Shown: positions 36,482-45,655, counted from the stretch's first letter. The stretch: 64,000 nt of DNA from an uncultured candidatus Brocadiaceae bacterium (GCA_964448935.1 CAYVBE010000001.1:9422-73421); one strand, 5' to 3'. Numbers and translations are program-made. Notes: generated by a model not told the origin, from the sequence alone.

Positions 36482-39400
36482 ATGATGCATAAGCAAGGCA
36501 GGAGGGCGAGTTCCTGTTTCCTTTCCGTTCTCATCGGTCTGTTTGTGTTCCTTCTGGCGCAGGGAGGGCCTTCATTCTCCGCCTATGTGGAGCGCCCCAA
36601 TCCCAGGCCTTCTTCGGCGATAGCCCTTTTTGGCGATCATAGCCGAGAATTCGAGTGGTACGATACCAACAACCCCCCAGACACCGAATACCGAGTTGGT
36701 GTGAGTGAGTTGGGCGGAGGATCGGGAGTCTGGGGTTTTTACAAGATCAGCCAGACGAAGTCAACGCCGGCCGGGGAGACCGATGGACCTTTCACGGCGA
36801 ACTGCCAGAATTTCTTGATTGGAATTTCGAGGGAATGGCCCTGGCAGAGCCCTGACCTTCCGGGTGACCCGAGGGTGGTGCCGGAGGGAGAGCCCGATCC
36901 CGACGGTGAGGACTTCTACACGGGCATGTTGCCGAACTTCACTTATGCCTGGCAGGTTCAGACGAGAGCGCCGGGAGGAGACTGGGAGGAGGGTCGCCAG
37001 TGGGTGGTTCATACCCCGATAGCGAAGCCCGGAATGAATTTTGATCCATCTCCTCACGGTGCTCTCAGCGTGGGCGTGTATCCGCGTTTTGTGTGGAGTG
37101 AGCATCCGCATCTGCCGGACTTTCCCCAGGCGAAAGTCCTGCTGGTGGATCTGGACGAGGGTGACCCTAATTATAGCAAAGGTTGGGTTGATAACGATGG
37201 CAATATCAACGAGGATAGGGTTGTAAAGACCTACGCCCCCAATGACGGGGATGCGCCTGCTATTGACAAGATCCGAGAGTTCTGGCACTTCGACGAGAAC
37301 TGGCAGCGCCTGTTGCCGAATCGCAACTACGCATGGCGGATAGTCTATTGCGACGACGAGGGGAATGCTTTGTTCGACGACAGGGAGCAGCCGGGTGAGG
37401 ACCCGGAAGACCCTCCCGAAGATCCGAACGACCAGAAGGATGCCGGAGAGCCTTACCTGTGGGCAGACGGCGGTGGGGACACCGCGGATGGCTGGCAATT
37501 CAGGACTGTCGGAGAGATTACCAGTGCGGAGTTGAACAGCCCAAACACGAGATCGCTGATAATCTATTGGCAGAGCATGTACGGTACACTGGACCCGGAC
37601 CCGTGGGAGGGGGATTTCACCTTCGCGAGCGTGGCCGAAGATATTGAGTACATTCATGAGCAGATCCACGATCCTGCCATTTCAACGGCCATCGTAGGGA
37701 CACAAGAGGTGACCGCGTCCTACGGAGGGCTGCACAACGATGATGCCAGACGTGCGAACTGTACCGATCAGGCGCCCTGGCCGGACGAAATAACAGGGTT
37801 CGAAGGTTGGTACACGATGGGGCGAAGCGCTCGGAACAATGCGGGAATGGACCCGGGGCCCACCCACGTGCGCGGGACGCAAGACCGCTACAGGGAATGG
37901 ACAGCACGGGGCATACGGACGCTGTTGCAGGACACGACCAACAAAACGGGCTTTGGCGGTATCAGTGACCGTGCGTATGCGGAGCACCTGGAGCAGGTGA
38001 CTCTCCTGGGTGACGCGGACCATGTTGCGCCAAGCTTCTATCACCATTACCAGATTGGGTCGGCCCACAAGTGGGTGGGAACGGATTTCTTCTACTCCAC
38101 TCAGAACGACACGTCCGCTGTGGAGCTACACCCCGCCTTCCAAGTTAGCCGAATTCCCTTGCAGCAGAAGAGCGAAGACAATTACCGCACCTATGAGGCT
38201 TCTTTTGCTGACCCGCGAACTACGGTCGGTCGGGCTTACGCGGATCCAGAACCTGTTGTCGAGAAAATCTGGGATTTTTCCGCCATCCTGAGTGAAAGCC
38301 ACACGGGAAATCCGGCGGCCAAGTCAGACGCTTATCAGGACTGGTTCGGCCGTGCGGTGGTTGTGGCAGGAGGGACGAATCTCTGGGAATGGTTCCAGTT
38401 TTTTCCCGCATTTGTGCAGAACCTGCTCAGTGGTCAGGTTGCTGCTGTTGGCGGACCACGTGATACATTCGCCGGTCTTAAAGTCAGGCAATACAACATG
38501 TGGGGAGCTGGCGAAGAAGCGCTTAGCCCTGCCAACGTGCTACGGCATCTGACCAAACCGGAGGCCGATGCTGTGCCCGGTTTTGTCTACTTGCTTGCTC
38601 ACGGCCAGGACTGGCAGGATCTTGGTGATCAGACAGTGCTCGATCCCTTCGGCCAGGTTATCGAAGACAATGACTTCGACCGAACCTGGGATGCTCCTCA
38701 CGGGAGGCGTCCTTTGCTCATATCGGCTGCTGGCCAAAACAATCGGTTCGACACCCATCTATGGGGTTCCAATGAGCCCTGGACGTCTCTGGGAGAGGCC
38801 GCATGTCTGGCGCGAGGTGGGCCTATTGGAATCATTGGTTTTGCAAGCGCGGATTACTGGGAGTCGGCCGAACACAGCAAAACGTATCCAGACGGTGGAA
38901 CAACCAGCCGTAGTTTCCGCAGCAGCGGTGTGGACGACATCGAAGGACATGTCTGGCCAGACATAGACCAGGGCCAGGTGTCACTTGCGGCTGCCAGCGA
39001 TCCGGCTTCGCCACTGCGCGGCAAGATTGAACTGATAAAGCTCATAGCCGAGCGATATCAGAGTAGCACAAACCCGGGTATCGGGGACGTTCTCAACAAC
39101 GCTCTTGCAGAATATGTGGAAGCGCACGCCACTGAGCTTGAAAACGCTGACGACCAGTCTGTGGTTACAACTGTCTTTGGCGCTTGCTTGTTAGGCGATT
39201 CGGCGCTTTCGCTGCCCCCACGTCAACGACCCGACTTGGATAAAGCCCGGCCAGTAATCACGGATGAGAACCTCCGCTCTGTTGCTTCACCGAGTGGATA
39301 CGATGCGACTCCGGGTTATAATTCAGCAGGTATGCCAGTGCATGTCATCGCACGGTGGGATCCGGATACCGAAACTAACCCTGGCACGCCAGTAGAACTG

Positions 39401-42175
39401 ACCATTGAAACCGACGCCGACAACGTGCGCGTCCGCGTTATGACCCCGTTCGATTTCGGACTGGATGGGCAGTGGTATGATCCGACGACGGACCATTGGT
39501 CTGACACGGAGCCAGATCAGTACCTTGACAGTTCGAGCGGTTCGTGCAACTACACGTTTACGGCATTCAAGCCTTCCATCTACCTGATTGTGGTACAGGC
39601 TGAAAACCCTGCGTGGGACGGCACTGATCCCGATGATCCGTACCGCTGGCTGAAGGAAAGGTGGTTCTATGTCCAGGTGGTCAACGAGTTCGAACGCAAT
39701 CCGGATGCGAACATTCTTGTTGTGGATATGGATCAGCCGGACCGGTACTACCTCAACGGACACGGGACATTTTACTCCCATGTCGAGGACTATTATGTAA
39801 ATCTGCAGGACATAAACGATTTGGACGGATTCAACTCTGGTGACAACGGCGAGGTCGATCCGAGAACTCTCACAGAGCAACCGGCACTGCCCATACTCAA
39901 CTACCTTACGGGGCAAAACGGGCCCGGGGCTCCCTGGCCTTGGGATTACGGATACCAGTACTGGTGTACGCAGGTGTACCATACGCTCCAGCCAAATGCC
40001 CAGGCGATTCTGGATGGCCAGAGATACTATGGCGATCTGACACCGTCCGCGATCGAGTCGTTCAGGGACACATACGGTCCATTGGTGGTGTTTACCGGCG
40101 ACTCAATCGTTTCCCGTGGTGGCGCGCTAATCTCATTCCCGCACCGTTACCTTTTCCTCTATAATTCCATGCCATTTCCGGACGTAAACTTCCTCCAGAA
40201 CTTTCTCGAAATGGGCGGGAAGCTGTTCGTCACTAATCAGACCCTGTCGAACGAGACCGACAATGTTCCGTATCTCGCTACATTCCAGGAGGACTTCCTT
40301 GGTGCCGTAACCGCCACGGAAGACTCGGATTACAGCAACATGGAGGGCCTATTCGACGACACCATGAGCAAGCTCATTCAGGACCTGGAGATCGAAGGTG
40401 GGAACGGGGAAAGCAACACCATAGTCAGCGCAGAGCTGGATCCTAACGGCACAGGGGCTGCAACCGTTTTCATCTGGGATGAACAAGCAGGTGGTGGTGA
40501 ACTGAACAGCAGCAAATCAGCGGCTATCCACAACCGCCTCATTGCCAACGCCGCGCGAACACTCTACTTCCCATGGCCTTTCGAGTCTATCGACCATGCG
40601 CTCCAGGGAAATACGCTGGACTTCTCTGGCCGGGTCAATGTGATGAAGCAGGCATTGGAATGGTTGCAAAGCGTTGCCGCAGCCGGTAACCCCATCCCTG
40701 CTAACGGCGCAGTGGATGTTCCGTTGAATATTACCTTCGAGTGGAGTGAAGTGACAGAGTCCGACGGGTACGAGGTGTATTTTGCCGAAAGCGGCCAGGC
40801 GTTGACACTGGTGGCCGACATAACCAATACGGCAGACAATGACCTGGGTCCCGGTGATGCGGGTTACCCTGGTCCCCTGACAGCTGACACTCAGTATGTC
40901 TGGCGCGTGGCCACCAAGAATCCCGGTGGCGGCACCACTACACCGGATACCTTATGGCAGTTCCGGACCGTCAGCCTCACGGCCAGTAATCCGAATCCGC
41001 CGGACGGTGCGACCGGTGTCAGCCCGGCCGTAACGCTTTCGTGGAGTGGAGCGGTCGATCTGACTGATCCCGCGGAAGTGTACGAAGTTTACCTGTGGGA
41101 GGACGGCGATCAGATACAATTGGTGGACACCATAGCCGACGCCACGGAGTACACACCTCCGGCGCCACTGGCTGAGGGCATTTTGTACAATTGGCGCGTG
41201 GACAGTGTGATAGACGGAATGAACTATGAGGGTGACCCGTGGGAGTTCGAGACTGCGACGGCCGACCAGGCGTTCAACCCCGACCCGGTTGATGGTGCAA
41301 CGGGTGTGCCTGTGGACAAGACACTATCCTGGTCTGGTCCGCCCACTGCGCAGACTTACGATGTCTTTCTCGGCCAGGGGAGCCTGCCCGGAACGCCCAC
41401 GGTGTCCGGTCTGAACACGCCACAGTTCGATCCACCGACGGACCTGACCGAGGGGGCGACATACGTATGGAGGGTGGATGTGAACCACACACCTGCCAGC
41501 GGCCTGGGCACGGTACAGGGGCTCGAATGGACGTTTACTGTAGAGACAGCGGGTGCCGCATCGAACCCCGTGCCCGCTGACGGCGCCAACGGTGTCTCGT
41601 TGATTACACTTCTTTCGTGGCTGGGTCAGGCGGATAGCTACGACATCTACTTCGGCGCCGGCAGCCTGCCGGGCACGCCTAACCAGACCGGGCTCACCGT
41701 CAACTTCTGGTATCCGGGCCAGCTTACGGCCAACACGACTTATGTCTGGCGCGTTGACAGCCACATCGGCGCCAGTACAGTGATCGGCGCCGTTTGGACC
41801 TTTACCACGGGCACGCAGCAGCAGCCCGACGACGGTGGCGGCGGTGGTGGCGGCGGTGGCGGATGCTTCATTGCTACGTCTGCCATGGAGGGCGTTGCGC
41901 CTGCAGCCCCGGGTCTGGTGGAACGCAACTGCACCGGCGAGTACGTGCTGCCCGAAGACAGGGCACGGGGGCTGGAGCTTATCCGCGGCCTGCGGGACGA
42001 CCTGCTGATGCGGGCGAAGCCCGGCCGACAGTTCAGCGCCTGGTACTACGCCTTCGGGCCCTACGCCGCCGAGGCAATACGCCACCGCGAGCCGGCCAAG
42101 GCCGTGGTGCGCGGCGTGCTGCTGCGGCCTCTGGCGGGACTGTCCGAAGACTGCCTGACAAGGGAGCAGGAGTAG
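36482..42175 (+). CDS. giant secreted multidomain protein (about 1,900 aa) with a gingipain-like (peptidase C25-like) cysteine-protease region, tandem Fn3-like repeats, poly-Gly linker and a C-terminal CFIATSA-motif domain
   Basis: Signal peptide MMHKQGRRASSCFLSVLIGLFVFLLAQG. The central region has a His...Cys arrangement (VYLLAHGQDW ... EAACLARGGPIGIIGF) and a GDADHV segment reminiscent of clostripain/gingipain-type proteases (tentative). There are four to five ~95-aa repeats (NPxPxDGATGV...LSWSG...Y[DE]VY[FL]G...TY[VN]WRVD...W[ET]F[TR]T). G10 is followed by CFIATSAMEG.... The gene has lower GC than its flanks. Confidence 0.7.
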   Translation: MMHKQGRRASSCFLSVLIGLFVFLLAQGGPSFSAYVERPNPRPSSAIALFGDHSREFEWYDTNNPPDTEYRVGVSELGGGSGVWGFYKISQTKSTPAGETDGPFTANCQNFLIGISREWPWQSPDLPGDPRVVPEGEPDPDGEDFYTGMLPNFTYAWQVQTRAPGGDWEEGRQWVVHTPIAKPGMNFDPSPHGALSVGVYPRFVWSEHPHLPDFPQAKVLLVDLDEGDPNYSKGWVDNDGNINEDRVVKTYAPNDGDAPAIDKIREFWHFDENWQRLLPNRNYAWRIVYCDDEGNALFDDREQPGEDPEDPPEDPNDQKDAGEPYLWADGGGDTADGWQFRTVGEITSAELNSPNTRSLIIYWQSMYGTLDPDPWEGDFTFASVAEDIEYIHEQIHDPAISTAIVGTQEVTASYGGLHNDDARRANCTDQAPWPDEITGFEGWYTMGRSARNNAGMDPGPTHVRGTQDRYREWTARGIRTLLQDTTNKTGFGGISDRAYAEHLEQVTLLGDADHVAPSFYHHYQIGSAHKWVGTDFFYSTQNDTSAVELHPAFQVSRIPLQQKSEDNYRTYEASFADPRTTVGRAYADPEPVVEKIWDFSAILSESHTGNPAAKSDAYQDWFGRAVVVAGGTNLWEWFQFFPAFVQNLLSGQVAAVGGPRDTFAGLKVRQYNMWGAGEEALSPANVLRHLTKPEADAVPGFVYLLAHGQDWQDLGDQTVLDPFGQVIEDNDFDRTWDAPHGRRPLLISAAGQNNRFDTHLWGSNEPWTSLGEAACLARGGPIGIIGFASADYWESAEHSKTYPDGGTTSRSFRSSGVDDIEGHVWPDIDQGQVSLAAASDPASPLRGKIELIKLIAERYQSSTNPGIGDVLNNALAEYVEAHATELENADDQSVVTTVFGACLLGDSALSLPPRQRPDLDKARPVITDENLRSVASPSGYDATPGYNSAGMPVHVIARWDPDTETNPGTPVELTIETDADNVRVRVMTPFDFGLDGQWYDPTTDHWSDTEPDQYLDSSSGSCNYTFTAFKPSIYLIVVQAENPAWDGTDPDDPYRWLKERWFYVQVVNEFERNPDANILVVDMDQPDRYYLNGHGTFYSHVEDYYVNLQDINDLDGFNSGDNGEVDPRTLTEQPALPILNYLTGQNGPGAPWPWDYGYQYWCTQVYHTLQPNAQAILDGQRYYGDLTPSAIESFRDTYGPLVVFTGDSIVSRGGALISFPHRYLFLYNSMPFPDVNFLQNFLEMGGKLFVTNQTLSNETDNVPYLATFQEDFLGAVTATEDSDYSNMEGLFDDTMSKLIQDLEIEGGNGESNTIVSAELDPNGTGAATVFIWDEQAGGGELNSSKSAAIHNRLIANAARTLYFPWPFESIDHALQGNTLDFSGRVNVMKQALEWLQSVAAAGNPIPANGAVDVPLNITFEWSEVTESDGYEVYFAESGQALTLVADITNTADNDLGPGDAGYPGPLTADTQYVWRVATKNPGGGTTTPDTLWQFRTVSLTASNPNPPDGATGVSPAVTLSWSGAVDLTDPAEVYEVYLWEDGDQIQLVDTIADATEYTPPAPLAEGILYNWRVDSVIDGMNYEGDPWEFETATADQAFNPDPVDGATGVPVDKTLSWSGPPTAQTYDVFLGQGSLPGTPTVSGLNTPQFDPPTDLTEGATYVWRVDVNHTPASGLGTVQGLEWTFTVETAGAASNPVPADGANGVSLITLLSWLGQADSYDIYFGAGSLPGTPNQTGLTVNFWYPGQLTANTTYVWRVDSHIGASTVIGAVWTFTTGTQQQPDDGGGGGGGGGGCFIATSAMEGVAPAAPGLVERNCTGEYVLPEDRARGLELIRGLRDDLLMRAKPGRQFSAWYYAFGPYAAEAIRHREPAKAVVRGVLLRPLAGLSEDCLTREQE
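40688..41850 (+). repeat. tandem Fn3-like domain repeats within the giant protein (protein-level; DNA diverged)
   Basis: The four to five consecutive ~95-aa units listed above. The motif is shared at about 35-45% aa identity. Confidence 0.65.
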
Positions 42176-42179
42176 GAAG

Positions 42180-43178
42180 ATGTTCGGCAGACGCAGGGCA
42201 CTTCTGAGGCGACTGCTGACCGCGGCCTCCATACTGCTGGCCGTTGGCACGGGCGGGGCTGCCTACCTGGCCTTCTTCCGCGCATCCGACACTACGCAAC
42301 TCACCCGACCATCGGCCGATTCGGGAATGAAGTCCCGGCAGTCGGCCGATGCACCGTCCGAGGACCGCGACCTGTCCGTGCTGTGGGAGGGGCGCGACGC
42401 GCAGAAGTCCGTCGTCCCCCCGCCGATGGGGGGAGCCCTGGATGGTGAGGCGGAACGTGAGCGGGTGCCCTTCAAGCTGCGTGGGGTTATCTACTCCGGC
42501 GCGGGGGATTCCGTGGCCTTCGTCGAGGTAGGAGACCAACTGCGGCTGCTCGGGCCGGACTCCGAGCTGCAGGGCTGGAAGGTAGCCGCCATCCATCCTC
42601 GGTCCATGGTGCTCAAGCGGGACGACGCCGAGTTCAGCATCTCCATCGAGAGCCTGTCTGTGACCGAACGGCCCGTGGCCGACCTGACCGCGGGCGACGG
42701 GGCGGCGGACACTGAGGCAACCGAAGACGCGGCCAATGTGGAGAGGAGCGTGGTGACCGCAGGAACTGACTCCGAGGGGGTTGCCGACATCCGGGAAACC
42801 GCCGAGGTAAGCAGTCGGGAACGGGAGTACTCACCGCCGCCTTTGCAGGGGGCGGAGGCGCGGGTGCGCGTGCCAAAAGACCTTGTCGAGAAGGTGCGGG
42901 AGGACCCGCGCAGCGTCGAGTACGGCGTGCGCTATAGCTGGCAGCTCAGCCCGAACGGGAAGATAGCCGGCTACAGCATAGACAAGGTCGAGCCCGGCTC
43001 GCTGGCCGCCCGCTACGGCCTGGCCCCGGGGGACCGCGTGCTGGCCGTTAACGGCGTCCCGCTGGACACTCCGACCCGCGCGCTGGAACTCTACCGGCGT
43101 TACCGCAATTCCGATTCCGCCAGGGTTACCATCAACCGCCACGGGGAAACCAAAGACGTGCTCTTCTACGTGCGGTAG
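42180..43178 (+). CDS. gspC: GspC-like protein (N-terminal TM anchor, central Ala/Glu-rich region, C-terminal PDZ domain)
   Basis: MFGRRRALLRRLLTAASILLAVGTGGAAYLAFF is the TM helix. The C-terminal ...GYSIDKVEPGSLAARYGLAPGDRVLAVNGVPLDTPTRALELYRRYRNSDSARVTI is a PDZ fold. It starts 5 bp after the giant gene stop and faces the T2SS cluster. Confidence 0.55.
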   Translation: MFGRRRALLRRLLTAASILLAVGTGGAAYLAFFRASDTTQLTRPSADSGMKSRQSADAPSEDRDLSVLWEGRDAQKSVVPPPMGGALDGEAERERVPFKLRGVIYSGAGDSVAFVEVGDQLRLLGPDSELQGWKVAAIHPRSMVLKRDDAEFSISIESLSVTERPVADLTAGDGAADTEATEDAANVERSVVTAGTDSEGVADIRETAEVSSREREYSPPPLQGAEARVRVPKDLVEKVREDPRSVEYGVRYSWQLSPNGKIAGYSIDKVEPGSLAARYGLAPGDRVLAVNGVPLDTPTRALELYRRYRNSDSARVTINRHGETKDVLFYVR

Positions 43179-43183
43179 AACGG

Positions 43184-43205
43184 CCTCAGCCGCCCCCGGC
43201 TGAGG
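43184..43205 (+). terminator. hairpin directly 3' of the gspC-like stop
   Basis: cctcagcc-gccccc-ggctgagg is a perfect 8-bp stem starting 6 nt after the TAG. No U-tract follows. Confidence 0.45.
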
Positions 43206-43695
43206 TACGGGCGGTTCGTGCAGCGCGCACGGTTGATGTGTAGCGCAGCCACCCGCGGCGGCGAAAACGGATGCATGCGGAAGCCGCGGTCGGGATCGTT
43301 TCGCCTGAAAGGCGTAAACATATCAGCCCAGGGCAGAGCCCGCAGGGCGTCGCCCTGGGAACCGTGGCCGTTCCAATTGGTAGCCCTGACAGGGCGGAAC
43401 CCGGCTCTTCAATCCTCCCGTCCCTGGTGGTGAAGACGAAGGGCGGGAACGGGCACGGATAATGACGGACGCGTGTTGGCCTACTGATGTGCCGCCCTTT
43501 CAGGGCTCGATTTTCCTTCTGCGTTTCTACCCAGGGCTGCTAAAGCAGCTGGAAGAACGCTCGGCGTTCTTCATGGGACCGAGTGGCACATGAATGCCCT
43601 TCGGTCCCCGCTGCGCCCTTCGGGCTCTGCCCCGGGCTTTTATATCGCGCCCTTTCAGGGCGCCATTTACGAACGTTCTCGGTTGGTCAGGCTAA

Positions 43696-43949
43696 CCCGG
43701 ATATTTCACGAGAGTTTTCCGTCCAGCGGACGTTTTTGCCCTCATGCGGCGCCCTCCGCGCTCGCCTGTCCTCGACGTGCCTTATGGCACGCCTGCGGTA
43801 GCTCGCTTGTGCGGGCTTGCCTGAGAGCAAAACCGTCGCCCTGGTGCGTACACAGGGTGTTGCTTGTGGCTGGCCGGTTTTTTTGCTGTAAGATGCGTTC
43901 CTTTAGACAGTTGCGTGCGGTCCCGAAAAACTCTCGTGAAATATCCGGG
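43696..43949. mobile_element. MITE-like non-autonomous element: 254 bp bounded by 23-bp perfect terminal inverted repeats and flanked by CTAA direct repeats
   Basis: Left end cccggatatttcacgagagtttt (43696-43718) is the exact reverse complement of the right end aaaactctcgtgaaatatccggg (43927-43949). CTAA occurs immediately outside both ends (43692-95 and 43950-53), which fits the YTAR 4-bp target duplication typical of IS5-family transposition. The interior has no credible ORF and contains a T7 run. Confidence 0.55.
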
Positions 43950-44077
43950 CTAAACGCCTACGCCCGAACTCGGGGGACCACCGGGCCAGGCTGCGACCCT
44001 TCTCGGTTGACCACGCTGCACGCCTGAGAAGCATCCTTCCCGGTTTGCGCGGTCCGCGCAAGCGCTCGGTGCCGGCC

Positions 44078-44752
44078 CTACTCCTGCACGGCCTCATCGG
44101 GCAGCTTTGGGCGCGGGTCCACGGTGCGGTCTGCCAGGGGCATGGCGATGCACGTGGGGTGCGGCGGGTCGGCCTCGGGGTGCAGGGCCAGCTCCATCCG
44201 CACGGCTATTGGGGGCTTGTTGAGCGACCACTGCCGGCGCCACTCCGAGCCGTCGTAGCAGTCCACCAGCACGAAGGCCACCTCGTCCACCAGGCGCTGC
44301 TCCGCCGCGTGGCGCCAGTCCGGGCTGGAGCCCGGCTCGTAGGGCGTCTGCTGGCGCAGAAGCTCGTAGCCTTCCGCCTCCTCGTCGCGCGGGCGCAGGA
44401 GGTATCGGACGCGCTGCACGTCGGGCGGGGCATCCGAATGGGGCAGGGCGGACAGGGTCGTCAGTTCAAGGACCGTCCCGCCGTCCGTGGGAAACTCGGG
44501 CGGCACCACCACCGGCGGGAGTTGCTCGTCGGGAATCGGCACGAGGGCCTCCACGTCCCACCGCAGAATGCGCGCCACGCCGTAGCCCAGGCGTGCACGG
44601 CGCAGCGTCTGCCGGGAGCGCTGCATACCGCGGACCGTCAGCCGAAGAACGCCCGAGACGGTTACCATGAGCAGGGCGGTGATCGCCAGCGCACAGATGA
44701 CCTCCATGAGCGTGAAACGCCAGCGGGGCGCACCGTGGTGGGAGGCGTTCAC
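44078..44752 (-). CDS. gspJ: type II secretion minor pseudopilin, GspJ-like
   Basis: N-terminal prepilin-type segment APRWRFTLMEVICALAITALLMV (Glu+5 present, Gly-1 replaced by Arg). It is 224 aa and the last gene of the pseudopilin run. Confidence 0.6.
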   Translation of the reverse strand: MNASHHGAPRWRFTLMEVICALAITALLMVTVSGVLRLTVRGMQRSRQTLRRARLGYGVARILRWDVEALVPIPDEQLPPVVVPPEFPTDGGTVLELTTLSALPHSDAPPDVQRVRYLLRPRDEEAEGYELLRQQTPYEPGSSPDWRHAAEQRLVDEVAFVLVDCYDGSEWRRQWSLNKPPIAVRMELALHPEADPPHPTCIAMPLADRTVDPRPKLPDEAVQE

Positions 44753-45192
44753 GGGCTCTCCTCCTCCGAGGAGCGCTGCAGCAGCCAGACGGTGGCCCGC
44801 ACCTGTTCCGCAGCGCGCCGGTCTTCAACCGCTTCGCCGGGCGGGGGGGAGACGCTGACGGTGAAGGCACTGAGTCCCGACGGCGCCCCGTGGGGCGGGT
44901 CTTCTTCCGCGATGGACCAGGTGTAGCCCTCGGCATCCGGAAAGGGGCCGGTGCCCGGCTGTGCTATGCCGGCCTTCAGGTCCGCCACGCGGCCCTGGCA
45001 GAGCCGGACGGCGGTGAGGATGCGGCCTGCCCGGCCGGTGGCTTGCACAGCCCGCGCGCGGGCGACGAGCAGCCCGGCGCAGACGAGGCCCAGTATGGCC
45101 ACCGCGGCGGCGACCTCCACCAGCGTGAAGCCCGAGCGCCGTGCCGAGTCGCTACAGCTCCGATGCGGTTGTGCGTTCATAGCTCGGCTCAC
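44749..45192 (-). CDS. gspI: type II secretion minor pseudopilin, GspI-like
   Basis: ...RRSGFTLVEVAAAVAILGLV is a prepilin cleavage/methylation motif. It is 147 aa and has an ATGA overlap with the gspJ-like gene. Confidence 0.65.
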   Translation of the reverse strand: MSRAMNAQPHRSCSDSARRSGFTLVEVAAAVAILGLVCAGLLVARARAVQATGRAGRILTAVRLCQGRVADLKAGIAQPGTGPFPDAEGYTWSIAEEDPPHGAPSGLSAFTVSVSPPPGEAVEDRRAAEQVRATVWLLQRSSEEESP

Positions 45193-45655
45193 CCGTGAGG
45201 GGGCTGAATCGTATGCGAATCACGGAATATTCGCCGGTCCCCAGCAGCACTTCGTGGTCCGTCACCGTGCCGTCCGGATAGGCGAAACAGGCGGCCACCT
45301 CCTGCTGGACCGTGTTGAAGCCGAATTTGACCCATTCGAACCGCACGCCGGCGGGCAGTTTGTGGAAGGCCTGCGCCTCCTCGTCCACCTCTACCCAGAA
45401 TTGCCCTGCGGGCACGTCGTAGAGGATGCGGGCACGGTCTCCCGACAGTGCGGCGGCATTGCGTGCCCACTGGAGCGTTGTGGCCACCTGGTGGGCGGCT
45501 GCGCGGAGGCGCCAACGGGGCAGGCGGTTGAGCCTGGGCACCATCAGCGTGAGCACCAGGGCGAGCACGGCCAGCGTGACCGTCAGCTCCAGAACGGTGA
45601 AGCCGCCGTCACTCGCCGCCCTGCGCGTGGAGTTCCCAGCTATTGATGTCGGCAT
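45152..45655 (-). CDS. gspH: type II secretion pseudopilin, GspH-like
   Basis: ...SDGGFTVLELTVTLAVLALVLTLMV is a prepilin motif. The start was chosen at ATG 45655. The longer ORF to 45895 has no support. The chosen start would overlap gspG by 47 bp, so the true start may be further downstream. Confidence 0.6.
   Translation of the reverse strand: MPTSIAGNSTRRAASDGGFTVLELTVTLAVLALVLTLMVPRLNRLPRWRLRAAAHQVATTLQWARNAAALSGDRARILYDVPAGQFWVEVDEEAQAFHKLPAGVRFEWVKFGFNTVQQEVAACFAYPDGTVTDHEVLLGTGEYSVIRIRFSPLTGEPSYERTTASEL

Noticed and set aside
41834-41863. ggt/ggc x10 run as a possible simple-sequence repeat or assembly artefact
   Set aside because: It is in frame and encodes a Gly10 linker between the last Fn3-like repeat and the C-terminal CFIATSA domain. 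Codons alternate ggt/ggc/gga, so it is not a pure repeat.
43955-43990. tRNA-like 3' fragment (gcccgaactcgggggaccacc)
   Set aside because: It has no proper T-loop (TTCRANY) or paired acceptor/CCA context on either strand. It is probably just a GC hairpin.
43590-44027. 145-aa ORF in the gspC/gspJ intergenic gap
   Set aside because: It spans the MITE-like element, has AT-richer non-coding-like composition with no codon periodicity, and begins and ends within inverted repeats (RIFHESF is encoded by both TIR arms).
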